Of a DNA stretch of 64,000 nucleotides, positions 50,891 to 62,220 are shown piece after piece (position 1 is the first letter of the stretch; the number at the start of each line of letters is the position of its first letter). Below the pieces are notes generated by a model. The model worked only from the letters and a program-made list of their open reading frames with translations. It did no database searches and had not been told where the DNA came from. A program made the position numbers and the translations under genes. The stretch is from Malacoraja senta. Its lineage: Eukaryota. The DNA lies in NCBI GenBank assembly GCA_038087875.1, contig CM075982.1:63488001-63552000 (forward strand), in the 5' to 3' direction.

Positions 50891-51793
50891 TTTAGACTTT
50901 AGACTCTCGAGATACTGTGCGGAAACAGGCCCTTCAGCCCACCGGGTCCGATCACCCCATACACTACTAGCACTATCCAACACACTTGGGACAATTTACA
51001 ATTTTACCGAAGCCAATTAACCTACAAACCTGTACGTGCTTGGAGTGAGGAAAGAAACCGGAACACCCGGAGAAAACCCATGCGGTCACAGGGAGAATGT
51101 GCAAGCTCTGTACAGACAGCACCCGTAGTCAGTGTCAAGCCCTGGTCTCAAGCGCTGTAAAGGGCCTGTCCCACTTACGCGTCCTTGGCTCGCAAATTAC
51201 GTGACCTCGTGGTCGCTTGAGGCGTACGGGCACCGTATGGCCGCACGGGGCCAGTCCCACTTAGAAGCGCGGAGGGGTATGGAGTTGTGCGGGGCTGGTC
51301 CTGACATCGCGCGGGGCTCCAAAATTCTTGCAGTGAACGAAATCTTTGTGCGCCAACGGCCTGTCGCGGAACTGACCGCCAAAGTGGGACAGGCCCAAGA
51401 TCCTGGGTCGACGCAAACTCGGCCTGGGGCTCACGGCCGTTGCGGTCCGGATCCGCCCCCACTTCTACTCCCAGAGCGGGGCCAAGAAAATTGAAGATAG
51501 ACACGTTTCGGGTCAAGACCCTTCTTTTCAGACTGAAGAAGTCTCGACACGAACCGTCACCCATTCCTTCTCTCCAGAGATGCTGCTGGTCCCGCTGAAT
51601 TACTCCAGCTTTGTGTCCATCTTCAAATGACGTCACGCGCTCCAGACGGCTGTGCGTATGCATGTAATCGCGCCCGACCTTCGCTCGACTGTCTCGGCTC
51701 AACGCGACCATGAGATCGCGTAATTTGCGTGCCAAGGACACGTAAGTGGGACAGGCCCTTAAGGCAGCAACTCTACCACTTCACCACTACCGC
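50891..51793 (-). mobile_element. HE1-like SINE split by a MITE
   Basis: Removing 51161-51762 restores gcgctgTAAggcagcaactctacc, as in intact copies (e.g. 18985-19005). Confidence 0.88.
51161..51759. mobile_element. Composite PIF/Harbinger-type MITE
   Basis: ~56-bp TIRs starting agggcctgtcccacttacg; TAA TSD (51158-51160, 51760-51762); internal second TIR-like pair and a PLE pLTR foldback (~51494-51624). Confidence 0.92.
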
Positions 51794-52346
51794 CTCAAAA
51801 TGCTACCAGCAAATGTAAAGGGCATTTACTCCCATCCTGGATGTAGGTTCCATTTATTTTATCTTAAATAACATTTCATTTTGGAGGGAGGTGAATTATA
51901 AATATGTTTGAGAATACATAGTTTGTGACAGAAAAATTAACATCATTGTATTCATTGCATTGATAACATGACAGCTAATCAAATTATTTAACAAAAGATC
52001 TATTTTTGCCTTCAAGGTGTAGGTAGATTTGCAGCAGATAAACAATCACATTACAAAGTATGGCAAACCTCAAATGGGAAGTGGGGAGGAGCTGAAATGG
52101 TGTCATTTTCATTTTGTAGTTCAGAGCTCGACATGACTTTACCACAGCCAGGGTGGCGCCTCCAAAATGCAGTCTGTAGTATTGCTGGGGCCTTCCTTGC
52201 TCAGTGCTTCCTACAGCAATGACTGTTCAGATTCCAGAAACAAAAGCAAAAAAGGGAATCGAGAATTAGTAATTTGGGCGTTTAAGCTTGGGCGCTTGGG
52301 TGTTTCAGTAGCAAGATGGCAGAATTCCCATTTTGGTCTTGGAGTG

Positions 52347-52670
52347 GTTTAATTTAGAGATACAGCATAGAAACGGGCTCTTTGGCCCACTGAGTCCATG
52401 CTGGCTATTGATCACCCGTTCACACTAGTTTTGTGTTATCCCATTCTGACTTCCACTCCCTACACACTCGGAGCAATTTACTGATACCAATTAAACAACA
52501 AACTCGCACATTTTTGGGATATGAGAGGGAACTGGTGCGCCTGGTGGAAACACTCGTGATCACATAGAGAGCATGTAAACTCTACACAGACAGCATCGAA
52601 GGTCAGGGTCGAACCGGGGTCTCTGGCGCTGTGAGGCAGCAGCTTCTCCAGCTGCACCACTGTGTCGCCC
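52347..52670 (-). mobile_element. HE1-like SINE (older)
   Basis: Match to the other copies. Confidence 0.8.
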
Positions 52671-52841
52671 AGGAGTACTTTATACTAAACATTAAAACAT
52701 AAAAGAACAATACAAATTTTCATTTGTATATAACCTTTAGCATTGTGAAATGTCTCAGACTGAAATTGATGCCAAACTAAAGAAAGGAACACAAAGTGCT
52801 GGAGTAACTCAGCAGGTCAGGCTGCATCTCTGGAGAACATG

Positions 52842-53516
52842 CAGTATGCAGGTGAATGGTATGTTGGCCTTCATAGCAAGAGGATTTGAGTATAGGAGCA
52901 GGGAGGTTCTACTGCAGTTGTACAGGGTCTTGATGAGACCACACCTGGAGTATTGCGTACAGTTTTGGTCTCCAAATCTGAGGAAGGACATTATAGCCAT
53001 AGAGGGAGTGCAGAGAAGGTTCACCAGACTGATTCCTGGGATGTCAGGACTTTCATATGAAGAAAGACTGGATAGACTTGGCTTATACTCGCTAGAATTT
53101 AGGAGATTGAGAGGGGATCTTATAGAAACGTACAAAATTCTTATGGGGTTGGACAGGCTAGATGCAGGAAGATTGTTCTCGATGTTGGGGAAGTCCAGGA
53201 CAAGGGGTCACAGCTTAAGGATAAGGGGGAAATCCTTTAAGACCGAGATGAGGAAAAACTTTTTCACACAGAGAGTGGTGAATCTCTGGAACTCTCTGCC
53301 ACAGAGGGTAGTTGAGGCCAGTTCATTGGCTATATTTAAGAGGGAGTTAGATGTGGCCCTTGTGGCTAAGGGGATCAGGGGGTATGGAGAGAAGGCAGGT
53401 ACGGGATACTGAGTTGGATGATCAGCCATGATCATATTGAATGGCGGTGCAGGCTCGAAGGGCCGAATGGCCTACTCCTGCACCTATTTTCTATGTATCT
53501 ATCTATGTATCTATGT
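52842..53516 (+). mobile_element. Young CR1 3' fragment inserted into a PLE pLTR
   Basis: Open ORF2 C-terminus (RPHLEYCVQFWSP..RRLRGDLIETYKI..RVVNLWNSLP); aacatg duplication at 52836-52841 and 53517-53522; pLTR halves on both sides. Confidence 0.92.
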
Positions 53517-54329
53517 AACATGGATAGGTGATGTTTCATGTCAGCACCCTTCTTTAGACTTGCAAAAGTCTTCAACAAGGGATTGGCTATCATTGAGCAT
53601 CTTAAAGGAGATGATGGAAATGGGTAAGTCTGGGGAGGGAATTTAAAGCTTAGGACTTAGGTAGCTGAAGAAACAGTTTCTAATGGTAGAGTAAAGGAAG
53701 TTGGGGAAGTAGGGAATAGGGGGGTCTAAAGAGGGGTTCCAGCCCTAAACGTCACATAATCCTTTTCTCCAGAGACGCTGCCTGACCCACAGATTTACTC
53801 CGGCATTTTGTGTCTATCTTTGGCAAACCAGCATCGGCAGTTCCTCCCTACACAAGTAGGGGATACATGTATAGATTCAGAGCTCTTACAGGAATTTAGG
53901 GTTGGAAAAGATTACAGATGCAGCGAAGGAAAAGTTTGTGGAAGTTGAACACAATAATTGAGAATATTAAAACTGGGGCCTTGTTGAACCAGGAAACCAA
54001 TGTCCCCCATAGAGTGCAGGGATAATGGGGGAACGAGGCTTGCTGTATGTTAGGACAGAGGTAGATGTGTTAAATAGTGATAGCCAGGAGGCTACAAATA
54101 TTATTCAAGTGCTACCACAACATATATACTTATTAAAAAATAGTCATGTAACATGGTACAATTGATTGCCTTATTGTAGGATTAGAATACAGGGTTTGAT
54201 GTTAATAAACTAAGGCCTTTTTTATGTAGAAGTTGTATGTATATTTAAATAATGGATACAATATCATGCCTAAATGCTGGTGCTCCAGAGGCCATGACAG
54301 CTAAAAGTCACCTCCTACCTTATACCATG

Positions 54330-54626
54330 GTAGACAAAAATGCTGAAGAAACTCAGCGGATGAGGCAGCATCTATGGAGCGAAGGAAATAGGCAACGTTT
54401 CGGGTCGAGACCCTTCTTCAGACAGATGTGAGGGTGGGGGGGGGGGGGGGCGGGAAGAAGAAAGGAAGAGGCGGAGACAGTGGGCGGAGGGGGAGATGAG
54501 AAGGGGAGGAGAAAGCAAGGACTACCTGGAATTAGAGAAGTCAATGTTCATACCGCTGGGGTGCAAACTGCCCAAGCGAAATATGAGGTGCTGCTCCTCC
54601 AATTTACCGTGGTCCTCACTCTGGCC
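54330..54626 (-). mobile_element. PLE 3' fragment with pLTR and hammerhead core (54394-54421)
   Basis: End of the GIY-YIG region plus pLTR; flanking accatg(g/a)tag duplication. Confidence 0.88.
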
Positions 54627-55104
54627 TTAAACCATGATAGTTGGGAGGGCTATTACAGCAGAAAGGTTCGAGACCAGACCACTGATGGCTGATGACACCG
54701 AGCTGGAAGGGGGACAATTGGAGAACGAGGGGAGTGCTCATGAATCAATGTCATAAGAATACGTTGTGCAGGTGATGGAGATTTGTAGCATTGGAGATAT
54801 ATGAATTAGTGAGCCCATAAAGGGATTTAAAAATTAAAAGTGTAAGGAATGAAGAAAAACTGGGAGATAATTCAGGGACGGCAGGGATAAGCATGATGGG
54901 TGGTGATACATTATACCAAGAGATCAATGAAATTACATGGTTTAGGTGGGAGGTGCCCAGTGGAATATTACAATTGTTGAACAGGATGTGAGAAGTGCAT
55001 GGGTGATGGTTTCAATGGCACAAGGACTGAAGTGGAGGCCAATGCAGGTAATGTCACTGAGATAGTAGTGGCCATCTGAGTTACCATCAACGATCACTCA
55101 AAGT

Positions 55105-55393
55105 GAGTTCAGTTTAGTTTATTGTCACGTGTACCAAGGTACTGTGAAAAGCTTTTGTTGCTTGCTAACCGGTCAGCAGAAAAACAACACACGACTACAA
55201 TCGAGCCATTTCATGATAAGGGAATAACGTTTGGTGCAAGGTAAAGCCAGTAAAGTCTGATCAAGGATAGTCCAAGGGTCTTCAAAGAGGTTGATAGTAC
55301 TGTAGTCCAGCACTGCTCGCAGGTTGTGGTAGGATGATTCAATTGCCTGATAAGAGCTGGGAAGAAACTGTCCCTGAATCTGGTGGTGTGCGT
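55105..55393 (-). mobile_element. Rex1/Babar-like 3' end
   Basis: THTTRFRDSFFPALIRQLN plus UTR. Confidence 0.8.
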
Positions 55394-56220
55394 CAAGCAT
55401 GATTGTCCCCCTGGTGGGTCCTTTCTGTGGGTCTTGGGATGACTGAAGAGGATGATTCTGACACGCAAGCATCTCCGCTATAACAAGGTGGTGGCCCTTG
55501 GAGAAGACTGAAGTCAGAAGTTCAGTGAAGAGTCAAGTAAAAGGCAGAGGATGCAAGTGGTTTGATTCAATCAGTGAGAGTGACTGGGAAGACTTGGAGC
55601 TAAGGGTAGGAGCTTTTGATGGGACCCACATATTAAGGTGTTTGCCCATCCAGAAATGGTAGTTTATCCAAGATTAGATTCAGCCAAACAACATTTAGAG
55701 GCAGTTGAAGCAGTGAGGGAGGTGATGAGAGTAAGGAGTTGCCACACAAGTAGAACATGGCTGTGGTCTTTGGGTGACATCATCAAAATGTGGCACGTAG
55801 ATGAGGATAAAGAAGAGGCTGAGGATGTCAAGATCATGGTTGGGGGAAGTAAAGATAGACTCAATCTTGTTATGCTTTGATAGCTAACCATTGACATTAG
55901 CATAGACATCCCCACAACGGGCCACCCATTTAATAAAGAGATGAGGAGGAATTTATTTTCTTGGAGGCTTATGACGCTTCGGCCTTCTCAACCATGAATG
56001 TTCAAGGTGAATTGATGGAATCAAGGAAGTCACGGAAAATGGGAATTGAATGGAAAATTGGTGTTGAGTCCAAGATTCTATCTTTCATGATCTTACTGAG
56101 TGGCAGAGCAGGCTGATGGGGCTGATTTGCCCACACTTGCTCCTGTTTTCTTACGCTTTTCATAAACGCACTACACCAAAGATGGCAGAGAATTCATGCA
56201 GTAGAGCATGGAGTAGATGG

Positions 56221-56498
56221 CGGGGCGGCACTGTGGCTTACGGCGCCGGAGACCCGGGTTCCATCCTGACTATGCGTGCTGTCCCTACTTTCTGACCACG
56301 TGGGTTTTCCCATGGTGTTACGGTTTCCTCCCACACTCCAAAGGCGTACAGGTTTGTAAGTTGATTGGCTTCGGTGAAAATTGTAAATTGTCCCTAGTGT
56401 GTAATGTGTGCTAGTGTTACGGGGATCGCTGGTCGGTGGGGACTTGACGTGCTCTAGGGCCTGTTTCTGCGATGCATCTCTAAACTAAACTAAACTAC
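56221..56498 (+). mobile_element. HE1-like SINE
   Basis: Head, body and tail with deletions. Confidence 0.8.
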
Positions 56499-56794
56499 AT
56501 TGCTCATGAAATTAGCCCAAAACACTTCAATTCTGTGGGAAGTATCAAGGCTGAGGTGGAGGGATTCAAAGAGAGACTGGCACGGCTGTGGATGGTGGCA
56601 ACATGGTCAAGAAATGTGGAGCAGGGAAGAGATTGGACATGAGGTAGACAGGCCAAAAGTAAGTTGTTAGAGAAAAGGAATTATGTTGACAGCTTTGAAA
56701 TGGAGGGGAGACAGGTCTGAGGAGAGGAATCTATGAATATTTTGGCTAGAAACACTTGTTCTGGCCATTGAAAAAAAAGACTAAGGAACCCGTG

Positions 56795-57287
56795 CATTCC
56801 CTCTATCTCTGCGCCACTCCCCCACCCTAGTCGACCTGCCAGTTCCACTGTTTACATCCATATATCCCTTCCTTATCATCTCTTCCAAAACCGACAATGG
56901 ACCATTGTGGGCTCCACCTTTCCTTAGTCGTCGGTGTCGGCTCTGACTTGTACTGAACCTTTCCATACCTGTAGTTTTGCTCCCCCTCGACTCTCAGTCT
57001 GAAGAAGGTTCTCAACCAGAAACATCACTTATTCCTTTTCTCCAGAAATGCAACCTGACCCGTTGAGTTACTCCAGCATTTTATGTCTATTACCAAAATC
57101 ACACTAGGTACAGCATTATTAATTAGTTTTTATACATCCATAACACACACAAGATGCGTAGGAAGGAACTGCAGATGCTGGTTTACACCGAAGTTAGACA
57201 CAAAATGCTGGAGTAAATCAATGGGTCAGGCAGCATCTCTGGTGAAAAGGAATAGGTGACGTTTCAAGTCGAGACACTTCTTTAGAC
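56795..57287. mobile_element. PLE 3' UTR/pLTR (+, to ~57092) and a convergent pLTR (-, 57155-57287)
   Basis: cagtctgaagaagg..gaaacatc; gacgtttcaagtcgagacacttct. Confidence 0.75.
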
Positions 57288-57370
57288 CATTAGATTTCAT
57301 TCCTATTGGGAGATCGAAAGTAAGTTTACTCTGTTTGTTAAATGCTTTATATGATAACAGTGGGACCCGT

Positions 57371-58019
57371 TGCAGTGGTGTAGTGGTGGGGCTACTGCCT
57401 AACAACCCTGGTTCGATCCTGACTATGGGAGGTGTCTGTACGGAGTTTGTACGGTCTCCCCGTGGCCTGTGTAGGTGTTCTTCGAGATCTTCAGTTTCCT
57501 CCCACACTCCAAAGACATACAAGTTTGTAGCTTAATTGGCTTGGTGTAAATGTTATGTTAAATTGTCCCTAAAGTGTGTAGGATAGTCATAAGGTCATAA
57601 GTCATAAGGAATAGGAGTAGAATTAGGCCATTCGCCCCATCAACTCTACTCCACCATTCAATCATGGCTGATCTATCTCTCCCTCCCAACCCCATTCTCC
57701 TGCCTTCTCCCTATAACCTCTGACACCCATACTAATCAAGAATCTGTCTATCTCTGCCTTAAAAATATCCACTGAATTGGCTTCTACAGCCTTCTGTGGC
57801 AAAGAATTCCTCAGATTCACCACCCTCTGACTAAAGACATTTCTCATCATCTCCTTCCTAAAAGAATGTCCTTTAATTCCGAGCCTATCACCTCCAGTTC
57901 TAGACTCTCCCACTAATGGAAACATCCTCATTAATACATAGTGTTAATGTGCGTGGATCGCTGGTCATTGAGGACTCGGTGGGCCGAATGGCCTATTTCC
58001 ACACTCTATCTTTAAACTA
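57371..58019 (+). mobile_element. HE1-like SINE interrupted by a minus-strand CR1 3' end (~57587-57930)
   Basis: SINE body resumes at atagtgttaatgtgcg after the CR1 fragment. Confidence 0.82.
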
Positions 58020-58424
58020 TCTGTAAACCATCTGATATATCAGTTCGACTTGCTAGCAGGACTGCAATGAATAGAGTATTAATAATACTCAATGAGAAGA
58101 TTAATTCAGAATATATTGCCATTTTTGGTAACCAATTCAAATGATAAATGAACAAAAGACGATCGAGTGATGGGAGGATAGAAATGCTGACCGTAATTGG
58201 AATCTTTAATGAGTCAGAAGGAACTGGAAAGTTTTGCTTCCGGGGCTGGGTGGCAGGGAGAGAATGGGTCTGATAATTCTATCTTCCTAATTTTAGCTAA
58301 GAAGTTTGACGTCAGTAAAAAACGGTGTTTCCTTAGCTAGAGTCAAGCTTACTACTGTAATAAGCAAATTATTAAAAACCTGATCATTTTAGATGATTAA
58401 CGTTAAAATATATTTGTTGTTATT

Positions 58425-58682
58425 TAGAATCATAGTCATGGAGCTATGCAGTGTAGAAACAGGCCCTTCGGCCCAACCTGCCCACACCGGCCAACATGTC
58501 CCAGCTACACTAGTCCCACCTGCCTGCCTTTGGCCCATATCCCTCCAAACCTGTCCTATCCATGTACCTGTCTAACTGTTTCTTAAATGTTTGGATTGTC
58601 CCTGCCACAACTACCTCCTCTGGCAGTTTGTTCCATACACCCACCATCCTTTGTGTGAAAAAGTTACCCCTCAGATTCCTAT
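58425..58682 (-). mobile_element. CR1 3' end
   Basis: Reverse complement of the 60100-60350 type sequence. Confidence 0.8.
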
Positions 58683-58987
58683 TTGTACGTTCATTTTTGC
58701 TGAAATGAATGAAGATGAATCTATTTTCTTTTTATTAAGATATTAGTGACAGGGACAAGGGTGAAAGTGCTTCCGCCATGATGATACTTATTAGAGAGTT
58801 GCAAAATTATGATGCAGGGGAAAGGAAAAAATGAAGAAATATGTCTCAGCCAGATGACGTGCCCTGGTGTGGGACTTGATGTCCTTTCCCTCAGTGACGC
58901 TGTGTTTGAAACAGCTTAATTCTGGTAACTTAGGCCAGAGACCATTATGAAAATCAGTGCTGAAAATAGTACTGGGGAAGTAATGAG

Positions 58988-59478
58988 AGAGTGCAGCGTA
59001 GGTTCACCAGGTTAATTCCCGGGATGGCGGGACTGACATATAATGAAAGAATGGATCAACTGGGCTTATATTCACTAGAATTTAGAAGCATGAGAGGGGA
59101 TCTTATAGAAACATATCAAATTATTAAGGGATTGGACAGGCTAGATGCAGGAAGAATGTTCCCGATGTTGGGGGAGTCCAGAACCAGGGGTCACAGTTTA
59201 AGAATAGGGGGTAGGCCATTTAGGACTGAGATGAGGAAAAACGTTTTCACCCAGAGAGTTGTGAATCTGTGGAATTCTCTGCCACAAAAGGCAGTGGATG
59301 TATTCAAAAGAGAGTTGGATATACCACTTAGGGCTAAAGGAATCAAGGGATGTGGAGTGAAAGCAAGAACGGGGTACTGATTGTGGATGATCAGCCATGA
59401 TCATATTGAAAGGCGGTGCTGACTCGAAGGGCTGAATGGCCTACGCTTGCACCTATTTTCTATGTTTCTATGTTTCTA
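58988..59478 (+). mobile_element. CR1 3' fragment
   Basis: ORF 58991-59380 QRRFTRLIPGMAGLTY..LGLYSLEFR. Confidence 0.9.
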
Positions 59479-59544
59479 CTTCACCCAGCACAGTGAGCAA
59501 ATGCTCCTGTGGTGCCATCAGCTCTCATCTGTGTTAAAGTGGCA

Positions 59545-60870
59545 GTGGAGCAGCTGGTAGTGCTGCTGCCTCACAGTGCCAGAGACCCGGGGTCCATCCA
59601 AATGCAAATTGGAGGAACAGCACCTCATATTTCGCTTGGGCCGCTTACAACACAGCGACATGAATAATAATTTCAAGTAACTTCAAGTAACAACACCTTT
59701 GTTATAGGAAAGATGTTGTCAAGCTGGAAAGGGTACAGAGAAGATTTTCAAGGATGTTGCCAGGACTAGAGGGTGTGAGCTATAGGGAGGGGTTGAGTAG
59801 GCTGGGACTCTATTCCTTGGAGCACAGGAGGATGAGGGGTGATCATATAGAGATGTATAAGATCATGAGAGGAATAGATCGGGTAGATGGCACAGAGTCT
59901 CTTGCCCAGAGAAGGTGAATCGAGGACCAGAGGACATAGATTTAAGCAGTGGCGGACTGGGTCTAAAAACATTGGTTGCCAGGAGACAAAGGGGGCCCAC
60001 TTCATCAGGGGCCCACTTGATATAGGGGGCCCACTTCATCAGGGGCCCACTTGCCATCGGGCAAGCTGGCACCCTGGCCAGTCCGCCACTGGATTTAAGG
60101 TGAAGTGGAAAAGATTTAATAGGAATCTGAGGGATAACCTTTTCACACAAAGGGTGATGGATGTATGGAACAAGCTGCCAGAGGAGGTAGTTGAGGCAGG
60201 GACATTTAAGAAGCAATTAGACAGGCACATGCAAAGGACAGGTTTGAAGGGATATGGACCAAATGCTGGCAGGTGAGACTAGTGTATCTGGGACATGTTG
60301 GCTGGTGTGGGCAAGTTGGGCCGAAGGGCCTGTTTCCACACTGTATCACTCTCTACATCCACTCTCTCTCCCCGCCCCTCCCCACCCTAGTCGTTGTACT
60401 TGTTTCACTGGCGTCCTGGTGAGCTTCATTGTATAACACATTTTCACGTAGACCGTTTCCTTGATCATCAAAATAAAATTGCATATCTCTATATATCGCC
60501 GTCTATATATCTCACGTTTCCCTTTTCCCTGTCTCTCAGACTGAAGAAGGGTCTTGACCCAAAATGTCACCCATTCCTTCTCTCCTGGCCCGCTGAGTTA
60601 CTCCAGCATTTTGTGATCTTCGATCCCGACCTTGGGTGTTGCGGCTGAGGAGTTTACATGTTCTCCCTGTGACCACACGGGTTTCCTCGCGGTGCTTCAG
60701 TTTAGTCCCACATCCCAAAGATGTGCGGGTTTCTAAGTTAATTGGCTTCTGTAAATTGCAGAGTGTGGATGAGAAAGTGGAACTTAGAACTAGTGATCAA
60801 TATGAGTGGGTGATCAATGGTCAGCATGGATTCAGTGGGCCGATGGGCATGTTTTCGTGCTGTATCCTTC
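59545..60870 (+). mobile_element. Nested stack: SINE (59545-59599 + 60620-60870) > PLE (59600-60619) > CR1 (~59700-60352) > hAT MITE
   Basis: Each host sequence resumes after the inner element; tccatcc/tcgatcc duplication around the PLE. Confidence 0.82.
59947..60091. mobile_element. hAT-type MITE, 145 bp
   Basis: Perfect 14-bp TIR cagtggcggactgg/ccagtccgccactg; perfect 8-bp TSD gatttaag (59939-59946, 60092-60099); four internal ggggcccactt repeats. Confidence 0.93.
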
Positions 60871-60984
60871 AATCAGTCAATCTTTCTGTCATTGCTTAGA
60901 TTCATGTTCTGCAGGAATCCATGGACTATGTATGTTAATTTAAACGTTAACAATAATTCTCCTTCAATGGATTGGTTGATTTTA

Positions 60985-61190
60985 GAAACCTAGAAAATAG
61001 CGGGAGTAGGCCATTCGGCCCTTCGAGCCAGCACCGCCATTCAATATGGCTGATCATCCAAAATCAGTACCCCGTTCCTGCTTTTTCACCGTTTCCCTTG
61101 ATTCCATTAACCCTAAGAGCTAAATCTAACTCTCTCTTGAAAACCTCCAGTGAATTGGCCTCCACTGCCTTCTGTGGCAGAGAATTCCAC
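60985..61190 (-). mobile_element. CR1 3' end
   Basis: Same 3' end as 4061-4280. Confidence 0.8.
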
Positions 61191-61237
61191 ATAATTCCAC
61201 AGAGAATTTATCTTTTTTAGATTTAAATTTTTTTGTT

Positions 61238-61528
61238 TTGTTTAGTTTGGTTTAGTTTAGGGATATAATGTGGAAACAGGCCCTTCGGCCCACTGAGTCC
61301 GTGCCGACCAGCGATACCCATGCATTAGCACTATCCTACAAACTAGGGACAATTTACAATCTTTACTCAAGCCAGTTAACCACTGTCTTTGGAGTGTGGG
61401 GGGAAACCGGAGCATCCGGAAAAAACCCACGCAGTCACGGTGAGAACGGACAAACTCCGTACAGACAGGATCGAACACGGGTCTCTGAAGCTGCACGGCA
61501 GCAGATCTACCACTATGCCATTGCACCA
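61238..61528 (-). mobile_element. HE1-like SINE
   Basis: Match to the other copies. Confidence 0.85.
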
Positions 61529-61659
61529 CCAGATGATATGAGAATAAATTGCACGTTTACTCATGTGTGAGTTGTTGGGTTGTGTTGTGTGAATATTGTC
61601 TTTTAAATCATAAAGAATAGGAGTAGAATTAGGCCATTTGGCCCATCACTCCGCCATTT

Positions 61660-62220
61660 AATAAAAAAAATAAAAAATAAAAAAAAATAAGAATAAGGGG
61701 GGGCTCTTTTAAAACTGAGATGAGGAAGAACTTCTTCACCCAGAGGGTGGTTAATTTATGGAATTCACTGCCCCAGGGAGCAGTGGAAGCAGAAACATTA
61801 AATATATTTAAGTCTAAAATAGATGGTTTTTTAGCTGCCAAGGGGATAAGGGGCTACGGGGAGAGGGCAGGGATATGGACCTAGGTATGGTTAGTATAGT
61901 AAGACCTAAGTGATCTCCTGGACAAGTGTCGATCGCCTGGATTGGGGTCGGAGAGGAATTTCCCGGATTTTTTTCCCGAATTGGACCTGGGTTTTTATCC
62001 GTTTTTTTGCCTCCCCAGGAGATCACGCGGTTCTTGGGGTGGAGAGGGGTGATAGCGGTATAAAGGGGAGGGTAGTGTCTTGTGTTCTGTGTCTTGTGTC
62101 TACTGTTTGTGGGTAAGGGTGTCTGTTTAGTGTTCAGCCATGAGCGAATGGCGGTGCGGGCTCGATGGGCCTGGTGGTCTACTCTCGCACCTACTTTCTA
62201 TGTTTCTATGTTTCTATGTT
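61660..62220 (+). mobile_element. CR1 3' end with an unusually long 3' UTR, inserted in an opposite-strand CR1 end (61607-62515)
   Basis: FKTEMRKNFFTQRVVNLWNSLPQGAVEA; (TATGTTTC)n tail; host ccgccatt|aatcatggct is split. Confidence 0.85.

Larger units (their letters stand above)
53575..56760 (-). mobile_element. Highly decayed L2-like LINE broken by younger inserts
   Basis: Purine-rich blocks resembling an L2 3' region (agcatcttaaaggag..gggagggaatt..agcttagg) and a decayed RT motif near 55770-55830; recognition is weak. Confidence 0.4.

Noticed and set aside
59990-60055. CRISPR-like short repeat-spacer pattern
   Set aside because: 11-bp repeats with 5-7 bp spacers inside a TIR element in vertebrate DNA; no cas genes.
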